Assembly: GCA_963674745.2 (NCBI GenBank)
Contig: CAXXDV010000003.1
Coordinates: forward strand, 2,080,001-2,144,000
Reading direction: 5' to 3'
DNA: 64,000 nt
DNA from: Desulfosudaceae bacterium
Lineage (GTDB): Bacteria; Desulfobacterota; Desulfobacteria; Desulfobacterales; Desulfosudaceae
Part shown: in pieces, positions 38,078 through 47,557 of the stretch
How the letters are laid out: the number at the start of each line of letters is the position of its first letter
Position numbering within the stretch: the first letter of the stretch is position 1
The notes under the pieces: model-generated
What the model saw: the letters and a program-made list of their open reading frames with translations, nothing else
Told to the model about the DNA's origin: nothing
The model's database searches: none
Program-made: the position numbers and the translations under genes

Positions 38078-40150
38078 ATGGATGAACAGGTCAAAAAGAT
38101 AAGGAATATCGCCCTGGTCGGTCACGCCGGCGCGGGCAAAACCATTGTTGCCGAAGCCATGCTTTACAATGCCAAGGCCATCGACCGTTTCGGACGCGTT
38201 GAGGACGGTAACAGCGCCATGGACTTTGAACCCGAGGAAATAAAGCGGGTATCCAGTATCTCCACCGGTATTTTTCAGTACGAATGGAAAAAGCATACCA
38301 TCAACCTTCTGGACACGCCCGGGGACCAGAACTTTTTTTCAGATGCCATCAGCAGTATGCAGGCCGCGGAAACGGCCATTGTCGTCATTGACAGTGTGGA
38401 CGGCATAAAAGTCCAGACAGAAGAGTCCTGGGAATTTGCCACAGTTCGGGAAATGCCCTGCGTGATTTTCATCAATAAACTGGACAAGGAAAGAGCCGAT
38501 TTCCGGCAGACATTCCAGGACGCGACCGACGCGCTGGCACAGCCCCGGCCCATTCTCCTGCAGCTGCCCATCGGATCCAAGGAAAATTTTGCCGGTGTCG
38601 TTGACCTGATCACCATGAAAGCCCATACCTACGATGACAAGGGGGAACGGACGACCGGCGATATCCCGGCGGACATGATGGATGAAGTAGAATCGGAAAA
38701 AGAAGCCCTGATCGAAAATATTGCCGAAGCGGATGATTCCCTCCTGGAGCGTTATCTGGAAGGTGAAACATTATCCGATGAGGAGTTGAACGCGGCGCTT
38801 AAAAAAGGCATCCTTTCCCGGACCTTTGTGCCGGTCCTCTGCGGCGCCGCCAGTGCCAATATCGGTGTCGATCTGCTGGCTGATTTTGTGGTCAACTGCC
38901 TGCCTTCACCGGCAGATAAAGGCGCCTGGGAGGCAAAAGATACGGACGGCAATCCGGTCACCTGCATGCCCTCCCCGGATGAGCCTTTCGCGGGTTTTGT
39001 ATTCAAAACCGTGGCCGACCCCTTTTCCGGACGGCTTTCGCTTATCCGGGTTATTTCCGGTAAAATGGGGTCGGACGGGAACTTTTTGAACGTTTCCACC
39101 GACACCAACGAACGTTACAGCCAGTTGCTGTCACTGGCCGGGAAAAAGCAGAAACCCGCCACCGAGGCCGGTCCGGGGGCGATCGTGGCACTGGCCAAGC
39201 TCAAAAACACCAATACCGGTGACACCCTCAGCGATCCGGCCAGAAAAGTCGTCTTTGATTGTGCCGAACCGCTGCCGACGGTTATTTCCTTTGCTGTTTC
39301 ACCGAAAAATAAAGGAGACGAGGACAAGCTGCAATCCTCGATCAACAAACTGATCGAGGAAGACCCCTCCCTGCATCTGTCCCGCGATGCCGAAGCCAAG
39401 GCCATCATCCTGGCCGGCAGAGGCCAGATTCACATTGAAACGGGCGTGGAACGGCTTAAACGCAAATACAATGTTGAAGTCGAGTTAAGCACGCCGAAAA
39501 TCCCCTACCGGGAAACCATCACCAAAACGGTCCGGGTCCAGGGCAGACACAAGAAACAATCCGGTGGACACGGCCAGTTCGGTGACTGCTGGGTGCAACT
39601 TGAGCCGATGGAAAGGGGTGCCGGTTATGAATTTGTAGACAAAATCGTGGGCGGCGTAATTCCCAAAACCTATATTCCGGCGGTAGACAAAGGCATTCAG
39701 GAAGCCGCGGTTGCCGGTCCAATCGCCGGTTTCCCCTGTATCGACTTCAGGGCGATCCTGGATTTCGGTTCCTATCATTCGGTCGATTCTTCGGAAATGG
39801 CGTTTAAAATCGCCGGCTCACTGGCTTTTAAAAAAGCCTCTGTAGAAGCCGGGCCGGTTATCCTGGAACCGATCATGGAAATCACCATTACCACGCCCGA
39901 AGATTTCATGGGTGACGTCATGGGCGACCTGAACAGCAAGCGCGGCCGGGTGCTGGGAATGGACAGCAAGGGCAAAAACCAGGTCATCAAGGCCCATGTC
40001 CCTCTGGCGGAGTTTCAGGCCTACGACCCTGATCTGCGTTCCATGACCGGCGGCCGGGGAAAATTCACCCTGGAATTCGCGCATTATGAAATCATGCCGA
40101 CCCAGGAAGCCAACAAGGTGATCGAAGCGGCCAACAAAGAAAAAGAATAA
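38078..40150 (+). CDS. fusA: Elongation factor G paralogue (EF-G2-like)
   Basis: GHAGAGKT, NKLD, KKQSGGHGQF, HSVDSSEMAF, LRSMTGGRG; divergent switch motifs; outside the str operon. Confidence 0.9.
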   Translation: MDEQVKKIRNIALVGHAGAGKTIVAEAMLYNAKAIDRFGRVEDGNSAMDFEPEEIKRVSSISTGIFQYEWKKHTINLLDTPGDQNFFSDAISSMQAAETAIVVIDSVDGIKVQTEESWEFATVREMPCVIFINKLDKERADFRQTFQDATDALAQPRPILLQLPIGSKENFAGVVDLITMKAHTYDDKGERTTGDIPADMMDEVESEKEALIENIAEADDSLLERYLEGETLSDEELNAALKKGILSRTFVPVLCGAASANIGVDLLADFVVNCLPSPADKGAWEAKDTDGNPVTCMPSPDEPFAGFVFKTVADPFSGRLSLIRVISGKMGSDGNFLNVSTDTNERYSQLLSLAGKKQKPATEAGPGAIVALAKLKNTNTGDTLSDPARKVVFDCAEPLPTVISFAVSPKNKGDEDKLQSSINKLIEEDPSLHLSRDAEAKAIILAGRGQIHIETGVERLKRKYNVEVELSTPKIPYRETITKTVRVQGRHKKQSGGHGQFGDCWVQLEPMERGAGYEFVDKIVGGVIPKTYIPAVDKGIQEAAVAGPIAGFPCIDFRAILDFGSYHSVDSSEMAFKIAGSLAFKKASVEAGPVILEPIMEITITTPEDFMGDVMGDLNSKRGRVLGMDSKGKNQVIKAHVPLAEFQAYDPDLRSMTGGRGKFTLEFAHYEIMPTQEANKVIEAANKEKE

Positions 40151-40189
40151 AACTGGGAGTCAAATAACATTTAAAACGGAGGTCCCATT

Positions 40190-40600
40190 ATGGCCAAAAT
40201 GACAGAACGCATACAGAAATTGTTTACAACCGTCCCTACGGCAGTCCTTTCAACCGCCACTGGTGACGGCGTGCCCAATGCCGTGCCGGTCGGGGCAAAA
40301 AAAATTATTGACGATGAAACCATTCTCATCTCCGACCAGTTTTTCAACAAAACACTGGCCAACATTAAAGCCAACCCGAACGTGGCCGTCTCTTTCTGGG
40401 AAGGTCATGAAGGATATCAACTGAAAGGAACCGTAACGATTGAGACTAGCGGCCAGCGATACGAGGAAACCGCCCGATGGATCGAAGATCTTGGCAACCA
40501 GGTCGGTGTCCCCCTTAAATCCAAGGGCGCAGTAATTCTTAAAATTGATGAAATTTACGCCCTGGCCCCGGGACCCGGCGCCGGCAAAAAACTGGCCTGA
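40190..40600 (+). CDS. Pyridoxamine 5'-phosphate oxidase-like FMN-binding protein
   Basis: LSTA...G.PN.VP, FFNKTLANI..NP, GYQLKG. Confidence 0.85.
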   Translation: MAKMTERIQKLFTTVPTAVLSTATGDGVPNAVPVGAKKIIDDETILISDQFFNKTLANIKANPNVAVSFWEGHEGYQLKGTVTIETSGQRYEETARWIEDLGNQVGVPLKSKGAVILKIDEIYALAPGPGAGKKLA

Positions 40601-40620
40601 AAAAAATCGGGTATTTCACC

Positions 40621-42246
40621 ATGAGACCTCAATCTCTCACCAGCATGGATATCTGGAAGCAATTGAGCCGTCAGGCGGTAAACATGTCTCGGCCGGAAAT
40701 GCATTTAAAGCATCTTACCGCCGATCCTCGGCGCCTGCCGGATTTTTCGCTGTCTGGCAAGGATTTCTTCTATGATTTTTCCCGGCAGCGGGTGGATCAA
40801 CCGGCCATGGACCTGCTGAAGGAACTGGCTGAAGCCAGGGAGATCATGGAGAAAATCCATGCCATGGCCGATGGCGCCATTGTCAACACCACTGAGAACC
40901 GGGCCGCCCTGCATACCGCGGCCCGCGATTTTTCCGAAAAGCCCCTGGTGGTCGACGACATGGACGTGCCATCGGAAATCAGGCGGGTACGGGATGAGAT
41001 AAAAGCCTTCTCAGAAGCCGTCCACAACCATACCCTGGTCGGTGATACAGGGAAACCGTTCCGCCACGTGGTCGTGATCGGTATCGGCGGTTCTTACCTG
41101 GGCACGGAATGCGTGGCCCGGGCACTGGAAGCCATGGCGGACAAAGGCATAACCCTGCACTTTCTGGCCAATGTCGATATTCATAATTTCGGCCGCGTGG
41201 TCGAATGTATCGATCCGGAGGCAACCTTATGGGTGGTGGTTTCCAAGAGTTTTACAACGGCCGAAACCATGGCCAATGCCCATCAGGCCCGGCGTTACAT
41301 GGAAACAAAAGGGCTGAATCCGGCCAGGCATTTTGTGTCCGTCACCAGCAAGGGCAGCCCCGGAGACAACCCGGATGATCCGGCGGCTTTTCCGGTGTTG
41401 CGGGCATTCCACATGTTCGACTTTATCGGCGGCCGCTACAGCGTTTCCTCGGCCGTGGGCGGCGTACCCTTGAGCCTTTATCTCGGCTACGACCGGTTTG
41501 AAGCCTTCCTTCAAGGCGCCCATGACATGGACGTACATGCCCTGACCGCTCCGCCTGAGAAGAATATGCCGTTGACGGCCGCCCTGATCAGCATCTGGAA
41601 CAATAACTTTCTGGGTTTCCGGCATCAGGCCATCATTCCCTATGCCTCGCCCCTGTGTGAACTGACACCGCACATCCAGCAGCTCTACATGGAAAGTAAC
41701 GGCAAATCCGTCACCGCCGACGGTGAGCCGGTGGATGTCGAGACCGGTGTCATTATTTTCGGTGAACCCGGCACCAACGCCCAGCACTCTTTTTTTCAAC
41801 TGGCCCACCAGGGCAGCCCCTTTCCCATTGATTTTATCGGCGTGGTCAACCCGCAGTATGAACAGTACCGTGAACTGTCCCGGGGCGTTACCAATCACCA
41901 AGAGCTGTGGGCCAATCTGATTTCCCAGCCCCGGGCCCTGGCCGAAGGCAAATCATCCGAGAATGGCCACAGGGCCTTTAACGGCAACCGCCCCTCGTCG
42001 ACCATCATTATTCCAGAACTATCGCCGGCCGGTATCGGACGACTGATCGCTTTCTACGAAGCCCGCACCGTGTTTGAGGCCTTTGTCTGGGGAATCAATC
42101 CTTTTGATCAGTTCGGGGTGGAACTGGGTAAAACCATGGCCGGTGACATCCGCAAACACATGGCCGGGAAAAACACCGACCCCGCCCATGCCTTCGACGA
42201 GGTTGATCCCATTTCCCGTCATTACCTGGATATGCTTTTTAAGTAG
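40621..42246 (+). CDS. pgi: Glucose-6-phosphate isomerase
   Basis: IGIGGSYLG, SKSFTT.ET, GGRYS, QQL.MESNGK, NPFDQFGVELGK. Confidence 0.96.
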   Translation: MRPQSLTSMDIWKQLSRQAVNMSRPEMHLKHLTADPRRLPDFSLSGKDFFYDFSRQRVDQPAMDLLKELAEAREIMEKIHAMADGAIVNTTENRAALHTAARDFSEKPLVVDDMDVPSEIRRVRDEIKAFSEAVHNHTLVGDTGKPFRHVVVIGIGGSYLGTECVARALEAMADKGITLHFLANVDIHNFGRVVECIDPEATLWVVVSKSFTTAETMANAHQARRYMETKGLNPARHFVSVTSKGSPGDNPDDPAAFPVLRAFHMFDFIGGRYSVSSAVGGVPLSLYLGYDRFEAFLQGAHDMDVHALTAPPEKNMPLTAALISIWNNNFLGFRHQAIIPYASPLCELTPHIQQLYMESNGKSVTADGEPVDVETGVIIFGEPGTNAQHSFFQLAHQGSPFPIDFIGVVNPQYEQYRELSRGVTNHQELWANLISQPRALAEGKSSENGHRAFNGNRPSSTIIIPELSPAGIGRLIAFYEARTVFEAFVWGINPFDQFGVELGKTMAGDIRKHMAGKNTDPAHAFDEVDPISRHYLDMLFK

Positions 42247-42276
42247 GTTTGAGGTTCGGGGTTCGCCTGCGGACGT

Positions 42277-42773
42277 TGTAGGGGCAGGCCCCCCCCGTGC
42301 CTGCCCGGCAAAGGGCAACCACAGGGGGTTTGCCCCTACGGGCACGTGGTGGGTGTTCATGGAATCATGGTGGGCGTCCATGGAACAATGTAGGGGCAGG
42401 CCCCCGTGCCTGCCCGGTGGAGGGCAACCACAGGGGGTTGCCCCTACGGGCACGTGGTGGGTGTTCATGGAATCGTGGTGGGCGTCCATGGAACAATGTA
42501 GGGGCAGGCCCCCGTGCCTGCCCGGTGAAGGGCAACCACAGGATGTTGCCCCTACGGGCACGTGGTGGGTGTTCATGGAATCGTGGTGGGCGTCGATGGA
42601 ACAATGTAGGGGCAGGCCCCCGTGCCTGCCCGGCAAAGGGCAACCACAGGGGGTTGCCCCTACGGGCACGTGGTGGGTGTTCATGGAATCGTGGTGGGCG
42701 TCCATGGAACAATGTAGGGGCAGGCCCCCGTGCCTGCCCGGTGGAGGGCAACCACAGGGGGTTGCCCCTACGG
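42277..42773. repeat. Tandem REPIN/BIME-like array: 5 inverted REP pairs, 108-bp period
   Basis: Unit starts 42277, 42389, 42497, 42605, 42713; TGTAGGGGCAGGCCCCCGTGCCTGCCCGGnnnAGGGCAACCACAGGGGGTTGCCCCTACGG plus near-identical 47-nt linkers. Confidence 0.93.
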
Positions 42774-42838
42774 AAGCCGGGAGGACATGGGGGAGTCGGT
42801 TTTATAGGGTCGAGGGTCGGGGTTCGAATAAATTCCGT

Positions 42839-43645
42839 TTACTCGGACGGCTGCCCTTTCCAGTAGGAGACCCATTGACCACCTTCGGGGTCAACCAGGT
42901 GGGGGATACTATCGGGATTGATGCCGAGCAGACCGGCGGCAGCGCGGTCGACATCCATTCCGTCAAAACCGGCCACAAGTTGCCCCACAGGGGGATCGCA
43001 GACCCGACCGCCCAGGTGATATTCGGCCAGCCCGACGCTGGCGTCCAGAAGGGTCAGATCCGGTGTGCGATAACGATTCAGGTCCGTTATGGCGGCGTGC
43101 ATCCGAAGATGAAAAGTCGATTTCTTCCAACCGCCGATACCGCCATAGTGCCGAGGCGGCGCAAAACCGATCATGTTCTTGCGGGTTCCGGTGATGCCGG
43201 CCAGGGAATGGGCCTTTAACACCGGCAGGGAAACGATGAAATGGGTAAAGGCGATTTTCGGCAGATGGATTTCCGGGAACACCTTACAGGCCGGATCCGA
43301 CAGGGTCTTAAGCGGTTCATGGTTCAGATCGATCAGCTTTATTTCCGACCGCTGGGCCATACGGGTATACCCGAGACGTTCAAACACCTCCGGTGTTTCC
43401 ATGCCAGCTGAGCCGGTGCCTTCGGCCACGACGATGTCGGCCACGGTGAACCGACGAAGTGCCTGAATCACGGCTTCACAAAAATCAGGTGAAGTCGTCA
43501 CCGGATGAGGACTGGCATTGACCAGATTCGGCTTGACCAGAATGTGCCGCTGTTTCGCCAGAAGAGGGCCGGCGTCCAGAAGGTCGAGGGCCAGGGGCAC
43601 ACTGGCGGCATAAGAATCAAACGGAAGAGTGACCAGATCAGGCAA
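42839..43645 (-). CDS. DUF362 domain protein
   Basis: ILVKPNLV, TT.P, VAEG, LPVLKAH...TG..KNMIG; TTG start. Confidence 0.85.
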   Translation of the reverse strand: MPDLVTLPFDSYAASVPLALDLLDAGPLLAKQRHILVKPNLVNASPHPVTTSPDFCEAVIQALRRFTVADIVVAEGTGSAGMETPEVFERLGYTRMAQRSEIKLIDLNHEPLKTLSDPACKVFPEIHLPKIAFTHFIVSLPVLKAHSLAGITGTRKNMIGFAPPRHYGGIGGWKKSTFHLRMHAAITDLNRYRTPDLTLLDASVGLAEYHLGGRVCDPPVGQLVAGFDGMDVDRAAAGLLGINPDSIPHLVDPEGGQWVSYWKGQPSE

Positions 43646-43661
43646 AACAACTTCCTTTGGA

Positions 43662-45344
43662 TCAGCGGGTTAAATGTCGATATTTAATACGATGGGGCTG
43701 GTCCGCATCCTTGCCCAGTCTTTTTTTCCGGTCCGCTTCGTAATCTGAATAGTTACCTTCAAACCAGACGACCCGGCTGTCACCTTCAAAGGCCAGCACA
43801 TGGGTGGCGATACGATCTAAAAACCAGCGGTCATGGCTGATGACCACGGCACAGCCGCCGAAATGTTCCAGGGCTTCTTCCAGGGCCCGCATGGTATTAA
43901 CATCCAGATCGTTGGTGGGCTCGTCCAGCAGGATAACGTTGGCCCCCTGTTTAAGCATACAGGCCAGATGGACCCGGTTTCGTTCCCCGCCGGAAAGCAT
44001 GGATGTCTTTTTCTGCTGATCGGACCCGGTAAAATTAAAGCGGGAGACATAGGCCCGGGAATTGACCTCCCGGCTGCCGAGTTGGACAAAGTCGGCTCCG
44101 CCGGAAATCACCTCCCAGATCGACTTGTCCGGGTCCAGGCTTTCGCGTTCCTGATCGACATAGGACAGGCTGACCGTCTCGCCCAGGCGCAACGTGCCCG
44201 AATCCGGCGTTTCGGCCCCTGTAATCATTTTAAACAGGGTTGTCTTGCCGGCACCGTTGGGACCGATAACGCCGACAATGCCGCCGGCCGGCAGGGCAAA
44301 GGTCATGTCCTCGAATAACAGCCGGTCACCATATCCCTTGCCGACATTATCTGCTTCAATGACCACCTTGCCCAGGCGGGGACCGGGCGGAATATATATC
44401 TCCAGGTCGGCGGCCTGTTTTTCATGCGCCTGGTTGAGCAGATTTTCATAAGCGGTGATACGGGCTTTGGACTTGGCATGACGCCCTTTGGGCGACATAT
44501 GGATCCATTCCAGTTCGCGTTGAAGGGTTTTCTGTCGCTCGCTTTCCGTTTTTTCCTCCTGTTTCAGCCGCAACTGCTTCTGCTCCAGCCACGAGGAATA
44601 GTTGCCTTTCCATGGCACCCCTCGGCCGCGGTCCAGCTCCAGAATCCAGCCGGCCACGTTGTCCAGAAAATAGCGGTCATGGGTGACGGCGATGACGGTC
44701 CCGGCATATTGCTGCAGGTGCCGTTCCAGCCAGGCCACGGTTTCCGCGTCAAGATGGTTGGTCGGTTCATCCAGCAGCAGGATATCGGGTTTTCGCAGCA
44801 ACAGCCGGCAGAGGGCCACCCGCCGTTTTTCACCCCCGGACAGGACCTTGATGGGCATATCGCCGGACGGACAGCGCAGGGCGTCCATGGCCATTTCCAG
44901 CCGCGAATCAATGTCCCAGGCATCCATATGGTCGATCTTTTCCTGAAGCTCGCCCTGTCGCTGGATGAGCTGATCCATTTCCTCGTCGTCCATGGGTTCG
45001 GCAAACTTTTCGCTGATGGTATTATACTCGTTCACCAGGCTGACCGCCTCGTGCAGGCCCTCTTCGACCACTGCCTTGACGGTTTTCTCCGGGTCGAGCA
45101 GCGGCTCCTGCTCCAGAAACCCCAGGGTGTAACCCGGCGAGAGCATCGCCTCACCGTCAAAGTCCGGATCCACCCCGGCCATTATCTTCAACAGGGAGCT
45201 TTTGCCCGATCCATTTAGCCCCAGTACGCCGATCTTGGCGCCGTAAAAATAGGACAGCGAAATGTCTTTTAAAACCTGGCGGGTCTGATGGAACTTGCTG
45301 ACCCGCATCATGGAATAAATAATTTTTTCCGGTTCCGTGCTCAT
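43662..45344 (-). CDS. ettA: Energy-dependent translational throttle ABC-F protein
   Basis: LKDISLSYF.GAKIGVLGLNGSGKS, two ABC domains, C-terminal PHRIKY..L.R. Confidence 0.96.
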   Translation of the reverse strand: MSTEPEKIIYSMMRVSKFHQTRQVLKDISLSYFYGAKIGVLGLNGSGKSSLLKIMAGVDPDFDGEAMLSPGYTLGFLEQEPLLDPEKTVKAVVEEGLHEAVSLVNEYNTISEKFAEPMDDEEMDQLIQRQGELQEKIDHMDAWDIDSRLEMAMDALRCPSGDMPIKVLSGGEKRRVALCRLLLRKPDILLLDEPTNHLDAETVAWLERHLQQYAGTVIAVTHDRYFLDNVAGWILELDRGRGVPWKGNYSSWLEQKQLRLKQEEKTESERQKTLQRELEWIHMSPKGRHAKSKARITAYENLLNQAHEKQAADLEIYIPPGPRLGKVVIEADNVGKGYGDRLLFEDMTFALPAGGIVGVIGPNGAGKTTLFKMITGAETPDSGTLRLGETVSLSYVDQERESLDPDKSIWEVISGGADFVQLGSREVNSRAYVSRFNFTGSDQQKKTSMLSGGERNRVHLACMLKQGANVILLDEPTNDLDVNTMRALEEALEHFGGCAVVISHDRWFLDRIATHVLAFEGDSRVVWFEGNYSDYEADRKKRLGKDADQPHRIKYRHLTR

Positions 45345-45388
45345 AACTGCTCCTTCTAAAAAACGACGCTGAGAGGTAACCCACAATC

Positions 45389-45507
45389 GGGCACGGCACG
45401 CCGTGCCCCTACATTAACTCGCATCCTGCGCCCTGCAGGTTTTACTCTCGTAGGGGCACCCCCCTGTGGGTGCCCTGTTTCGGGCGGCCACAGGGGGCCG
45501 CCCCTAC
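45389..45507. repeat. Single REP plus REPIN doublet
   Basis: 45389-45412 is the exact reverse complement of the REP at 27132-27155; 45450-45507 is a GTAGGGGCACC...GGTGCCC / GGGCGGCC...GGCCGCCCCTAC pair. Confidence 0.85.
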
Positions 45508-45535
45508 AACTTTATCGTGTAGCTGCCGATTAATA

Positions 45536-46550
45536 TCAGGCATGTCGGTAAAGGTTGGCCCCCCAGGTGACACCGGCGCCAAGTCCCAGACAGAGAAGCG
45601 TATCACCTTTTTTGTAGCGGCCCTGCTCGATCAGCTCATCCAGCGCCAGGGGGATAGTGGCCGCCGTGGTATTACCGTATTTTCTGGATATTGTTGTATA
45701 TCTTCTCATCCGGCAGTTCCATGGTTTTCTGGTAGAATTCATTGATACGCAGATTGGCCTGATGCGGTATGACCATATCGATTTCATCCATCGAGGTCAG
45801 ACCGGCTTTGGCCATCACTTCCAGGGTGATCTCCGGCAGCCGCGTCACCGCCAGCTTGAAAATCCGTTTGCCGTCCATTTTGGGATAATGACGGGCTTCA
45901 TCCATCATCCGGGAGGTAAGGCGTTCCGGACTGACCCTTGAAGCCGGGGCTTCCAGGCACAGGCTTTCGGCGTATTTGCCTTCGGCGTGAAGTACCGAAG
46001 CCAGGACACCGACATTTTCCTCGGTATCTTCCCCTTCCAGGCACATCGCCGCGGCACCGTCTCCGAATATCACCGTCACATCACGGCCCCGGGTGGACTT
46101 GTCCAGGCCGGTACTGTGAACTTCCGCACCGGCAAACAGAATACGATTGGCCAGCCCGCTCTTGATATAGGCATCGGCCGTGGCCAGCCCGTAAATAAAG
46201 CCCGTGCACTGCTGCCGGATATCCAGGGCCGGGGTGTTGAACAATCCCAGCTTGTGCTGCAACAGGCAACCCGATCCGGGAAAAAAAATATCCGGGCTCA
46301 GGGTGGCGAATATAATCATGTCCAGGTCTTCGGCCTGCCAGCCGGCACGTTCCAGGGCAAGCTTTGAAGCATGTAAAGCCAGGTCCGAGGCCCCGGTCTC
46401 ACCTTCCGCCGGCACCCAGTAACGCTGCTCGATACCTGTTCGTTTGCGGATCCATTCATCAGAAGTGTCCATCCATTGCGTCAAATCATCGTTGGTAACC
46501 AGCCGTTCGGGAATATACCGCCCCGTGCCTCTTATCAGTGTGCGCTTCAT
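45536..46550 (-). pseudogene. fabH: 3-oxoacyl-ACP synthase III (FabH family) with a 1-nt frameshift (real or sequencing error)
   Basis: DTSDEWI..RTGI, QQCTGF, FGDGA, PHQAN in one frame; YGNTTAATIP...GAGVTWG in another; extra A in CAGAAAATAC (45680-45683). Confidence 0.85.
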
Positions 46551-46658
46551 TTAACACTCCTCTTTTTTTTAATTAAAATGTGCCGGGGCATTATCAGCCG
46601 TCTATGGAAATTCCTGCCGCGCCGAATAAACGCCAAATGTTTTTGATTATCGCTAACA

Positions 46659-46785
46659 TTAAAGTTCTGGTTCGAGGTCAAGGCCTGCGAAAATTTTAAT
46701 CGGAGGAATACATTGACGTGTTTCGAAGATTAAAATTTAAGCGCAATGCCGGCATCGGGTCAAAAGACAATTCTTAGAAGTGCCC
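46659..46785. mobile_element. Degenerate second copy of the MITE (left TIR lost)
   Basis: tggttcgaggtcaaggc.tgcgaaaattttaa.cggaggaatacat...gccggcatcggg.caaaag.caatt.ttaga.gt.ccc aligns to 37880-38007. Confidence 0.75.
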
Positions 46786-46786
46786 G

Positions 46787-47554
46787 TTATTCAAATATGC
46801 CGACAACCCCTATAGAATAGGCTCGGTTATCCGATTCCCCCTTCAAATCAGATCGCTTGATCGATTTCCCCGTTCTTAATTCGTCGTTTACATAAACTGT
46901 TTCACCGGTCCCGCGGTCATATGTCACACCGACCACCCCGCGGAAAGTATAGGCAATGACGTCGCCTTTTTCAACCGATACAGGAACCCTGAAGTTAAAT
47001 TTCTGAAATCCCGTGTCAACCACATTGCATGGATCCGCCTGCCAGACGACAAACCACTTCTCATCAACCTTTCTGAGTACGCTGGCGATATAATTACAGG
47101 AAGCGGCAAAATGGCCCCAGGACCCGAAGACAGAACCGGCGGAGGGGATGGGGTTCATCAGATCCACCAGGGTCAGGTCTTTGCCTTCGAGGTACTGACG
47201 GCTGATCAATTCGCCGCCCACATAATCCATAAGTTCTGTCTTTTGTGAAAACTCCCGCAAAAAAGCAATCTGGGAGCTCACGAATTCACGTGTATTTTGT
47301 CGCAGATCTCCGACCTGGGTCACGTGAACCGCCTTTTCCTTTCCCAGGGTTTTGGTGATATCCCGTTGCCGCTGCAGTAACTCAGTAAGATCCCTGTTGG
47401 TTTTTTCAAGCATGGTCACCCGATCCTGCGCAGCTTGCAGACGGGTCGACAGCTCTTTTGTCTGTGCTTCAAGGGCGCTCATCTTTTCAGGCACAGATGC
47501 GCATCCCGCCAGTACGGCAAAGAACAAAAAAAGATAAATCGTTGTTACCTTCAT
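46787..47554 (-). CDS. Hypothetical lipoprotein with N-terminal coiled coil
   Basis: Lipobox LAGC at residues 15-18; heptad-rich segment; beta-rich C-terminus. Confidence 0.75.
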   Translation of the reverse strand: MKVTTIYLFLFFAVLAGCASVPEKMSALEAQTKELSTRLQAAQDRVTMLEKTNRDLTELLQRQRDITKTLGKEKAVHVTQVGDLRQNTREFVSSQIAFLREFSQKTELMDYVGGELISRQYLEGKDLTLVDLMNPIPSAGSVFGSWGHFAASCNYIASVLRKVDEKWFVVWQADPCNVVDTGFQKFNFRVPVSVEKGDVIAYTFRGVVGVTYDRGTGETVYVNDELRTGKSIKRSDLKGESDNRAYSIGVVGIFE

Positions 47555-47557
47555 CGG

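Noticed and set aside
42277..42773. CRISPR array
   Set aside because: The 'spacers' are near-identical, the repeats are ~61-nt REP doublets, and no cas genes are present.
42806..42836. tRNA T-arm-like GGTTCGAAT
   Set aside because: Part of a GGTTCR tract; no cloverleaf can be formed.
42019..43219. Long repetitive ORFs (381, 228, 189, 128 aa) over the array
   Set aside because: The 108-bp period (36 codons) of a GC-rich repeat keeps frames open; they overlap pgi or DUF362 and have no recognisable domain.
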